64,000 nt of DNA from Centroscyllium fabricii (Eukaryota): contig JBNRSN020000001.1 of assembly GCA_051313645.2 (NCBI GenBank), positions 31,186,001 through 31,250,000 on the forward strand. The letters run 5' to 3'. The first letter of the stretch is position 1; each line of letters begins with the position of its first letter. The notes below the pieces were generated by a model. It saw only the letters and a program-made list of their open reading frames with translations, had not been told where the DNA came from and made no database searches. The position numbers and the translations under genes were made by a program. Shown piece by piece: positions 12,436 to 23,165 of this stretch.

Positions 12436-12615
12436 ATTTAAAGGAGATCTGAATGAGTTTTGTAAGATAATGAAGGGATTGGATTGTGTTCCAGTTGACT
12501 TCTTCAATGAAATAGGGAAGGGCAGACCAGGGGTCACAAATTTAAGTTGTATAAGGCCAGATCTAGGTTAGATGTCAGGAGGTGGTTCTTTTCCCAGAGA
12601 ATAGCGGACCTCTGC

Positions 12616-14318
12616 TGTGAGATTCGCATAATTTTACATTCTCCAAAGGACTTTTCCAAGTAAATGAAGCCCTGTTTTTGAACTTTTAAAAGGAAAGGGG
12701 CATTCAAAATGGCCGCCGAACCTCATGACCGGCAACCTGGGACATTTTAAAATGGTTTCTGCAGCAAGCAGACAGGTTGTGGATTCAGTCTGCAGCCACG
12801 GGGGAAAACAGCTTTTGGCATTTCGGGTCCAGACAGGAATGTATGCATGTGCACTGGATACAGATCCAAAGGCATTCAGGCCTGTAGATAAAGTACATCA
12901 AAGTGTTTAACCAGACAAAGGGGAACAGATTAAGAGGGCCATCGAGACCAAGCAGGCCCATCGATACCCATTTAGGACAATATAAGGTCGTTGTAGATGG
13001 GGGATGGCGATTACCGGCCCAAAACCGCTTAACCTAAATCGCTACCCCGCTGTTTAATGGGCCCGCCAAGAAAAGACAAAGGACTAACCTGATCTGGCGG
13101 GAGATAAGAGCGCCCCAGTAAAGTATAACTGGGGACCTGGGGTAGCCATCGGTGTGCATTGTGTGCCGCCTTCACTTGGAACAAAGTGACCACGGAGAGC
13201 AACACCACTATCGGGCCGGGCACCAACGGCCAGCAGAGCAGGCACACCGGAGGCGGTTGAGGAGATTGAGAGTCGGAACGTGAGTCAGAGATCAAGAATG
13301 ACAAAAGAAGAATAGTTGGGCCCTGTCCCGTGTTCGTCTCCGGTCCGTCGACCTCGTCTTCTAGCTCCTCGGTCCCGCTCTAACCCCATATCCCCAACCC
13401 GTGCCGCCGTTGAAGAAGAAGAAATACAAAAATCGGGCAAACAGGAACATTCTGCAGGCCAGGAGAGGTGGGACACATCGAATTCCTGAAAAGTGAGGTA
13501 CCCAAGCAGCACCATTAGCTTGGGGTACGCGGGTCCGAACACCACCCCTGCAGCACCCGAAGACCACGTGATGATGGCAGGCCCGAGAGAACATTATGCA
13601 AAGAACCCCAACCCAACCGCAGTTTGGATTGGTGAGCATGCTTCCAACCCCTCATAGTACGATCTAGTTAGAGATGTGGGGGTGGGAATTAAGGGGATAA
13701 TTAACATCAGTTGTCCCTCGATGTTCCGTGTGTTTCACCATTTTATGATAAGTTTGAAAGAGTTTTAAATGTCTGTAGTAGAAGTTAGCATTGATTGTTT
13801 TGTTTTTCTCCCTTCTGTACCATTATTATCCTTGTTTCTCCCTCTTGGGCAATAAAATTTCATTTTCGTTTTCATTAAACCTGGTCTACCGAGCTTTCTC
13901 TGCATTGCTGTTGCTGCACCTAAGTCCGGTGTCTAGAATCTAGGGGGCGAGCAATTCGAACCGCTCAATAATAATAATAATTCAACTTTATTGTCATTAT
14001 ACAATGTACAAGTACATGAACAATGAAATGTGATCTTACAAGCTCCCAAGCGTCCAGCAAAGCCGATGCGTCTGTGCGCGCCACCATTCCATCTTTCCAT
14101 CATTCCGACAATCTTCAGACAACCGCCCCTCACCGGGGCTCCTTTCGTGACCTTCTACACGTGGTATTCCCTGGTGGTCACCCATCCAAGTACTAACCAG
14201 GCCTGGCTCTGGTTAGCTTCCAAGCCTTGCCAGTGACCCTGTCCCTAGTCCCAGAAACAGGAGGCAGTCGGACCGAGCTGACTGACCTAAACGTCCTGTG
14301 CACCCAAAACCCCCTACA
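12616..14318 (+). mobile_element. Long solo LTR (~1.4 kb without the nested SINE)
   Basis: TGTGAG...CCTACA termini, 4-bp TSD CTGC/CTGG in CR1 sequence, and AATAAA at 13851. It shares 5' and 3' blocks with the LTR at 31876-33665. Confidence 0.75.
13968..14260 (-). mobile_element. 5S rRNA-derived SINE, copy 2 (inside the solo LTR)
   Basis: Reverse complement of 545-841. Confidence 0.85.
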
Positions 14319-14720
14319 CTGGAACAGGCTGCCGTCTCGTGTGGTGAAAGCTGGTTTGCTGAATTCCTTCAAGCGAGAGCTAGACCTGTTTCCGGGGGGG
14401 ACGGAGATCAGCTCTTACACAAGGTAAGTACTGCAGGGAATTCAGAGCCAGAGTGATCTCGTGGACAAGTTTTGATCAGCTAGATGGATCAGAAAGGAAT
14501 TGCCCAGATTTCATTCCCCAAATTGGCCTGGGTTTTTAATTTATTTTTGCCTCTCCCAGGAAATCATACGGTTTCGGGTGGGATGGAGTATGTATATTGT
14601 GAGACACAAGTTATCACAATCATGTGGGACAAGCTCAATAGACCAGAGGGTCTTTACCTGTCCATCATTGTTCGCATGTTTGTATGATCGTATTTGACCA
14701 GGTGAAAATCAGTCACCTCA

Positions 14721-15000
14721 AGCCCTGTTCCTGGGACTAGGGACAAGTTCACTGGCAAGTCTTGCAAGCTAAGCAGATGCCAGGCCTGGTTAGTACTTGG
14801 ATGGGTGACCACCAGCGAATACCAGGTGCTGAAGGTCACAAAAGGAGCCCCGGGGAGGGGCGGTTGGCTGAAGATTGTCGGAAAGATGGAATGGCGGCGC
14901 GCACAGACACAGCATCTTTGCTGGACTCTTGGTAGCTTGCAAGATCACATTTTGTTGTACTTGTACATTGTATAATGACAATAAAGTTCAATTATTATTA
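14721..15000 (+). mobile_element. 5S rRNA-derived SINE, copy 3
   Basis: Homologous to 545-841, with a possible imperfect TSD GTCACCTC/GTCACATC. Confidence 0.85.
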
Positions 15001-15845
15001 TGTCACATCCTTTATCTTTATCTTTTCATTAACCAAGCAATAAGCTGATTCCTTCAACAGATCTGTCTTTGCGAGTACAATGCACTGGTGAACTTAGAGA
15101 ACAAGCAGTGATGACTGTGGCTTCAACTAGTCCACACACCGCCACCAGCCCCCAGTCTGAAGCTAGTCACCAGTCAGTTCGCAATCAGCCATTCGCAACC
15201 AACTTCCCACAGAAGAACTGAGGAGAGATTGAACTGCCCACTTTACAGTGACGGTGGGGGTCAGAATAAAGAGCAGAGAAGATCTGCTAGGTGATTAAAG
15301 TCGTGGTAGTTGAGTGGGGCATGTCAGAATTGGCAACAGGAATGGCAGCCATTCTGGTGCAGTCGGCTTTCAAATGAGTTAATACGGAAGTGTTGTGCGA
15401 GTAAAAGATATAGAGTAACACGATCATATTAAATTAGAAACTTGCTGTAAAAGCCAACTGGACCAATTCCGCTGTCTCTCCTGCTCTCAGTTTAGCTGCA
15501 ATCATTGATTGTCCCACTCCCAACCATCTCAGGGAGTGGTGGTGCCTATGAGCTGTAATTTCTAAGCTAATTAGGACTCTGATGATAGAATTTCACCTAC
15601 GGCGTATATTGTTAATTTGGGCGTGCAACTCTTGATTTGCCATCCATTAGTTTTAATGAATGAATATGCTTTCAGGCACATATGCATACTGAATTCTCAA
15701 TACGTTCTTTCACAGGCAAACATTTTGTACATGTAGAAATCCATAAAATGACCCCTTTGCGTACATTTGCTTCTGCTGTAAACATCTCTAAATTGTCTAC
15801 AAATCTTTCCCATCATTCAACGTTGTGCAATGTGCTTCCAATATA

Positions 15846-16334
15846 CAGGTTGAGCACCGTTAATCCGTTACCCGGAACGCCGGCAACTTCAGTGGTCCAG
15901 TATAAATCGCCCTGACTGCCCTGCGCATGCGCAAAATGGCAGCCGCGATCGAGGCTTCGGCGAATGATCAGCGCATGCGCCGCTGAACGGCGAGCGCATG
16001 CGCAGATCATTCAAAATGGCCGCCAGATGAGCCGGGCCTTCCGTGGCGTCAGGGCGCGGCGGCTTGTGCCGCGTTTTGAATGTGCGAGTCCCGAGCGCCC
16101 GCCATGGTGAAGCGTGCGGTTCCCCGGAGCAGCCAGCAGGCCATCATCAGGAGGCACAAACCGCAGCTGAGACTCCACAAGGACATTCGGTGGCCATTTC
16201 CAATGTTGTGCGCATGTGCGCGGCCATTTTGAATGGTGCGTGCATGCGTACTGACCAAATTCATTCTGCTGTTTTTTTCACTTTCCCGGCACGGGCCTGG
16301 TCCCGCCCGTGCCAGATTACCGGTGCTCAAACTG
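15846..16334. mobile_element. Tc1/mariner-pogo (Tigger-like) MITE, copy 1
   Basis: TIRs CAGGTTGAGCACCGTTAATC / GATTACCGGTGCTCAAACTG with a TA TSD. Confidence 0.85.
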
Positions 16335-16774
16335 TACTAACAATTCTTTTATTATTTTTAAACTAACCCAGACAGACTCCATCTGTGCCCCAACACTATT
16401 AAAACCATTCCTTTCTGTGGATGTAGTTTTGACTTTGTGTGATAGTATGAAATGGGTGTTAGTGAATTGGCAGTCCGTTTTACATCTCTCCAGATTTTTA
16501 TTTCCATTTAAGTCGGGAGAGATGTAAACCAGGCTGCTGATTTGCTATCACCCGTTTTACATTATCACCCAAAGTCAAAGTGACTCCCATTGTTTCTTTC
16601 ACTTCTATCATTTTACGGTGTGTCCATTGATCTTTCGCTGAAGTTGTGGCAGATGTTTGGGAAACCCGGAAGGATCTTCCTGCCCCTCTTTGCCTGGAAG
16701 CTGAACAGACGCAGAATACTCACAACGCGCATTGACTGTCCTGACCTCAAATACATGCAGATTTGTGGGGTCAG

Positions 16775-18482
16775 CATTGGTGATAATTTTCCAAAACTCC
16801 CTGGAGTCAGGAAGGGTCCCGGCGGATTGGAAAATGGCTAATGTAACACCTATATTTAAAAAGGGAAGTAGACAGAAGGCTGGTAACTATAGACCGGTTA
16901 GTCTAACATCTGTGGTGGGTAAAATGTTGGAGACCATTATTAAAGAAACACTGATGGGGCATTTGGATAAACATAACTTAATCGGACAGAGTCAGCATGG
17001 TTTTACGAAGGGGAAGTCATGTTTGACTAATTTGCTCGAATTCTTTGAGGAAGTAACATCTCGGGTGGATAAAGGGGAACTGGTAGATGTGGTATACTTG
17101 GACTTCCAAAAGGCTTTTGACAAGGTGCCACATAAGAGACTATTGCTTAAGATAAAAAATCATGGGATTGGGGGTAATATATTAGCATGGGTAGAAGATT
17201 GGCTTTCAAACAGGAAGCAGAGAGTTGGGATAAATGGTTCATACTCGGGATTGCAATCGGTGATTAGTGGTGTTCCGCAGGGGTCGGTGCTGGGACCCCA
17301 GCTGTTTACAATCTATATAAATGATTTGGAGGAGGGGACCAAGTGTAATATATCAAAGGTCACAGATGACACAAAAATGGGAGGAAAAGCAGGGAGTGAG
17401 GAGGACAGAAAAAGCCTGCAAAAGGATATAGATAAGCTAGGTGAGTGGGCAGCGATTTGGCAGATGAAATTTAATACTAGTAAATGTGAAGTTATACATT
17501 TTGGAAAAGAAAATCATAGAGCAAGTTATTTTCTAAATGGGGAGGAGCTGCGTGGTAATACAATGCAAAGGGACCTGGGGGTACCAGTGCATGAATCACA
17601 AAAAGTTAGTATGCAGGTGCAGCAAGTGATTAGGAAGGCCAATGGAGTCTTAGCCTTTATTGCTAGGGGGATAGAGTATAAAAGCAGGGAGGTTTTGCTG
17701 CAGCTGTATACAGTATTGGTGAGACTGCATTTGGAATACTGTGTGCAGTTTTGGTGTCCATATTTAAGAAAGGATATACTTGCTCTGGAAGCAGTACAGA
17801 GAAGGTTTACACGGTTAATTCCAGGGATGAGGGGGTTGACATATGATGAAAGGTTAAGTAGGTTGGGACTTTACTCATTAGAGTTCAGAAGAATGAGAGG
17901 CGATCTTATTGAAACGTATAAGATCGTGAGGGGCCATGATCGGGTGGATGCGCTAAAGATGTTTCCAATGATCGGGGAGACCAGAACTAGGGGGCATAGT
18001 CTTAGAATAAGGGGGGGCTCTTTTAAAACTGAGATGAGGAGAAACTTCTTCACTCAGAGGGTGGTTAATCAATGGAATTTGCTGCCTCAGGGAGCTGTGG
18101 AAGCTGGAACGTTAAATAAATTTAAAACGGAAATAGACTGTTTCTTAGCAGACAAGGGAATTAGGGGTTACAGGGAGCGGGCAGGGAAGTGGACCTGAGT
18201 TATGGTTAGTATAGTAAGACCTGAGTGATCTCCTGGACAAGTTTCGATCGCCTAGATTGGGGTCAGAGAGGAATTTCCCGGATTTTTTTCCCAAATTGGC
18301 CTGGGTTTTTATCCAGTTTTTCGCCTCTCCCAGGAGATCACATGGTTTTTTGGGTGGGATGAAGGGTGATAGTGGGAAGAAGGTTAGGGTAGGATCAGCC
18401 ATGATCTTATTGAATGGCGGAGCGGGCTCGAGGGGCCGATTGGCCTACTCCTGCTCCTATTTCTTATGTTCTTATGTTCTTA
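16775..18482 (+). mobile_element. Young 5'-truncated CR1 LINE; RT ORF open to 18198
   Basis: 488-aa ORF with NYRPVSLTS, QHGF..GKSCLTNL, YLDFQKAFDKVPH and SGVPQGSVLGP, but the FADD motif has degenerated to VTDD. The 3' tail is (TTCTTATG)n. Confidence 0.95.
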
Positions 18483-18874
18483 TTTCCATGGACTAGTCTC
18501 ATTCTAAGCACAGGCCCAGCCCAGTGCATTGGCTAACAACTAGAAACAGTGCAGAAGGACAGAGACCTACAACTGCGGGACAGGCCATTGGTCTCAAGGC
18601 CTTCTGGTTGCTATGCAGAAACTCACAACAATCTCACCGTCTGCTTGGTTCCTGCATGTCAAATGGCCAGTTCTTTTAGGAGCTCTTTGGAACGTATATG
18701 CACATTAATCTGAGTACAAGTTGTAATCTGCAGTAAAATGTTGCAACAAAAGAAAGTGCTAATGTAAAATTTAGGAAACTACTTGACAATACAGTTAACC
18801 TGAGGTCACATATTGTAGTATAATAGGAAAAGGACCCTCTGCTGATGTACACAAGAGCTGCGAGATATCTATTA

Positions 18875-19722
18875 TTCAATTCAATTCAATTCAATTCAAT
18901 CATTGCAGTGTACTAGTATAATACAACGAAACGAAGCCTCGCCGCTCCCGAGAGTAGTGAAAATAAGTTACATACAATTTCATATAATAAAGTACATTTC
19001 AGGTGTGCAGATACTGGAGTTGTTTGTTAGAGTTCAGGAGACTGACAGCCCTGGGGAAGAAGCTGTTCTTGAATCTGGTCGTGCGGGTGCGAATTAGAAA
19101 CATAGAAACATAGAAACTAGGAGCATTGTAGGCCATTCGGCCCTTCGAGCCTGCTCCGTCATTCAATGAGATCATGGCTGATCATCTAAACCGAGTACCC
19201 CACCCCTGCCCTCTCCCTATATCCCTCGATCCCTATCGAGCCTGCATCGACACATATCCCACCCTATCCCCATAACCCCACATATTCAATCGCCCTAACA
19301 CTAAGGGTCAATTTATCATGGCCAATCAACCTAACCCGCACATCTTTGGACCTGTAGCGTCTCCTGGAGGGCAGGGGGGCAAACAGACTATGGCTAGGGT
19401 GTGTGGCGTCTTTAATAATGTTCTGAGACCTCCGTAGGCAGCGTTTTGAGGTAGGTGCATTCAATTGATGGTAGCTGGGTGCTGGGTGCATCGTTGTTGG
19501 TGATTTGGCCAACCACCGTGGTGTCGTCCGCGAACTTAATGATTTTGTTGAAGCCATGGACAGCCATACAGTCATGGGTAAAGAGGGAGTAGAGGAGGGG
19601 CTCAGTACACAGGCTTGTGGGGCCCCCGTGTTCAGGGTAAGGGGGGGGAGGTGAGGTTGCCTAACTTCACAGACTGTGGTCTGTTGGTTAGGAAGTATAG
19701 GGTCCAGTTGCAGAGGGAGGTA
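18875..19722 (-). mobile_element. Rex1/Babar-type LINE 3' fragment with internal deletion
   Basis: Minus-strand motifs SPLLYSL..HDC, FADDTTVVGQITNN and NIIKDATHPSHSLFAPLPSRRRYRS, with a (TTGAA)n tail. Confidence 0.75.
19096..19349 (-). mobile_element. HE1-type SINE, 5'-truncated, long-tail variant
   Basis: Matches the 3' part of 63418-63827. Confidence 0.85.
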
Positions 19723-20784
19723 TATAAATCAATGGATAATATATGGATAGTATCATTAGAGGTCCTGGTTAAGGCTCATTTTGTTCCACCACTACAGAGA
19801 TTACGCTGCTATTATCTGCTTCAGAGACCATGTATTGATGAAATTAAATTGGATTAATTAGTAGAAACCTAAAATAACTGACCCTCGTGGGCTGATGAGA
19901 CAATTAGCTCTAAATTAAGTTATCCCTTTCTTAATATTTCTCTATTTTGGTACCTCACAGTGATTTGTATATTTCTTTCTTTCATTATTTGTTGTTACCC
20001 TGACATACTTCACTCATTCATGTCGTCATTTAGTTTTCAAATCATTATACACAAAATTAGTGATCGTGCTAATAAAAAGCATGGAAATTTCTCAAGACAG
20101 ATTAATCATTATGTTTAATTTTTTCGACATTTGGTCAAAAATTGCAATTAAGGACTCTAATATGTGGCTGGATCCAGTAATAGCTAAAACGGATTCACCA
20201 ATTAGATATCTGATATGGAGATATAAATTACACTCAAAGCATGAGTGAGTGGGATATAAATAGTAGAAAATGGAACGAGAGTTTGGCAACCTTTGTTTTT
20301 CCCATTGTGGCCATTGTCTTTTCAGAGTTGGATTGGGATGAACGCAAGATTGTACTTCCCAAATGGAGGGCTATCTGAGGGAGAGGGCATACAGGTCTAA
20401 AATATAGTACATAGGAACATCAGAAGATTACTGCATGAAGAGGTTTTGCCACACTGGAAAGGCACTAATAGAGGTTTGGAAAATACATATCAAGTGACTG
20501 AAGGGTGTCCTTGATGACTTAAATAGCTCTGAATATGATTAAAAATCTTAGTTTTTTAATAGCTCTTTTAATCATCTGAGGAGGATCAGGAACCACAACT
20601 TCCTGGGAGTGCGAGCTAATAATAGCACTACAAGGGCAATGGGGCATCTGGGACCTTCGTGAACAATGGGACCAACAATGTATCTCTTTAACCTATAGGA
20701 TTTAAGGATTGAGCAAAAAAAACATATGAACGACTGTGAAGGAGGGTGATTTAAAGTCAAATTAGGTACAGGAAGAGAAATAAG

Positions 20785-23165
20785 GGCCACAATTTTTCCT
20801 ACCTCAGCAGGCGACGTTGGTGGTGGGTCTCGGCCTCGCTGCTGGCTCCATCCTGGCATCCGTCATGAGTTTCCTTTGATTGGGCTTGTTAAGCCCACCC
20901 AGCGAGTTTCCTGGCCATTTGAATGAAGCGGGTCTGATGACATCATTGATGATGCATCATCAGCCAGTTTCCTTAAAGGGACCATGCGCAGCTTTAGTTT
21001 GACAGTTGTGCTGTCAGTGTTCTACCGCATTGAGATGCTGCAAACATTGACAAGCACTGCACAGAGGTGCATGGCTGCACCCAGGCTCTCCCATGACTCC
21101 CTCCATACGTTTATGGAGGTAGTCACAGCACACAGGGAGGTCAACGTAGCCTGGTTGCACATTGCACAGGTGGACACAAGCAGCGATTATGTCAGGAGGA
21201 CCAGGCTGCCGTGGCGTAAACCTTTCAATGATCTCAGTAGATCATGAAATGTTAGTACAAAGCCACACTCAACCTCATCCTGCTGTGCTACTCATCACAT
21301 CCCCATCACTCTGCCTTCCATGCCCTACTCCTGCACATCCATACTTATATCAACATACCTTGTCCTCCACCCATCCCTTGCAAGCTACATAATCATTTCC
21401 TCATCTCACTAGTCACTCCTCACACTCACCCTCATCCTAGTCCACTCATACCAACTAACAACACACAAGGGTAGGCACTTGTGTGTTTTAGCCAATGCTC
21501 ATGTGAAGTTTCTGTTAATGTGCAGTCAAATATTGAAATCTTTATTTTGAACACTTTAATTTCTTGGACAGATTTGTGTGTATCTTTGGAAGTGGCTTAG
21601 TGAGTTGCAGTAAATGGTGAGACATAACGGTCCCCCAACAATCCTGATGAGTGTGAAAGGAATGGCTTGGGCATTGTAGGGATGCTTTATGTTGTTGGTA
21701 TGGGGTGGTGTCAACCTGGCACATCATGTGGCAGCCAGGGTGTACAGCGCCAAGTGAAGTAAATGTGGTCATGGTGAGGCCATCCCTGGTATCCCGGGCA
21801 GCAATGTGGTGAGGTGCTGATGCCCTCTGTCCTGTGCAGCATCAGGTGATTGCGGAGAAGGTTGGTGTGGTGGTTGTTGCTACTGGTTTGCCTGGTGATG
21901 CTGGTGTTGGGGCTGATTGTTGTCAGATTCTGAGGACCAAGGTGTGGGAGTATAAAGTGCACCCATGCTGATGGAATATATGGCAGGTGAAGTAGAGATG
22001 ACAGAAGCAATATGTAAATGGTGGCAGAGGTAATAAGGTCAGACTGCATAGAGACTTGAGTAAAGACTTGCAGCATTGTGAATCGGTAGTGGAAATGCAG
22101 GTTCGAACTGCTAATGCTTAAGGGAAGATATGTGAATCAGCTCATAGCTTTGAGTTGACAACTGAAGCTGTAAGCTCATCAGCTGGTTCAATGACCACTG
22201 ACCTCCCGCCTCAGCTTCACTGATGAGGTCTAGGCACTGCAGGACACCCGTGAGAGACCTGTGATAGTTAAAAATCTGGGAAGAAAAGCATTGTTGAGTG
22301 GTTGTAAACAAGCCACTAATGATTTAAATTGGGTCCCCCGGCGCTGCCTGTCATAAGAACATAAGAACATAAGAAATAGGAGCAGGAGTAGGCCAATCGG
22401 CCCCTCGAGCCTGCTCCGCCATTCAACAAGATCATGGCTGATCTGATCCCAACCTCAATTTTATTTTAACTTTCCATCCCACCCAAACACATGTGATCTC
22501 TCGGGAGAGGCGAAAAACCAGATAAAAAACCCGGTAGCCAAATTGGGATAAAAAATCTGGGAAATTCCTCTCCGACCCATCTAAGCGATCGAAAACTAGT
22601 CCAGGAGATCACATGGCCGATCTGAACTTATCCTCATGTCCACTTGCCTGCCCGCTCACCATAACCCTTAATTCCCTTTTCTTCCAGGAAACTGTCTATC
22701 TCTGTTTTAAATTTATTCAAAGTAGTAGCTTCCACAGCTCTCTGGGGCAGCAAATTCCACAGCCCCACCACCCTCTGGCTGAAGAAATTCCTCCTCATCT
22801 CCGTCCTAAATGAGTCACCCCTTATCCTTAGACTATGACCCCTGGTTCTGGACTCTCCTACCATCGGGAACATTCTTCCTGCATCAAGTCTGTCCAGACC
22901 AGTTAGAATTTTATACGTTTCGATGAGATCCCCTCTCAATCTTCTAAACTCCAGAGAGTACAAACCCAGTCTACCTAGTCTCTCCCCATACGTCTGTATA
23001 TATATATACACCCATCTGTCGGGTCTGTTTAGCGTTGGCAGACCAGATATTGGGAAGTGTGGGTGTGCACGTTGTGACACTGAGTTCCTGACCCACTGTT
23101 AAGCATTTTAAATTTCACAGCTGCGGCACCAATCGGATCCGCTGAGCTCCGGCAAAATCATGGCC
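20785..23165. mobile_element. Harbinger-derived non-autonomous element with Myb/SANT remnant, nested in another MITE (~20690-23659)
   Basis: TIRs GGCCACAATTTT / AAAATCATGGCC. The + strand at 21071-21247 reads MAAPRLSHDSL...WLHIAQ...WRKPFNDLSRS (Myb/SANT-like). The flanks join as ...GGAAGAGAAATAA|AGAGAGGG... Confidence 0.6.
22354..22992 (-). mobile_element. CR1 3' fragment
   Basis: YGERLGRLGLYSLEFRRLRGDLIETYKI...GERAGKWT, plus 3' UTR and (TTCTTATG)n tail. Confidence 0.92.

Larger units (their letters stand above)
11960..14692 (+). mobile_element. Old CR1 3' fragment split by two LTR insertions
   Basis: EYCVHFWAPH..DI.ALAKVKRKATRLIP at 11971-12147 continues at 12436-12615 and 14319-14692 (WNRLPSRVV...FKRELDLF, then 3' UTR). 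Confidence 0.75.

Noticed and set aside
13968-15000. Large inverted repeat
   Set aside because: Two independent, oppositely oriented 5S SINE insertions with different flanks.
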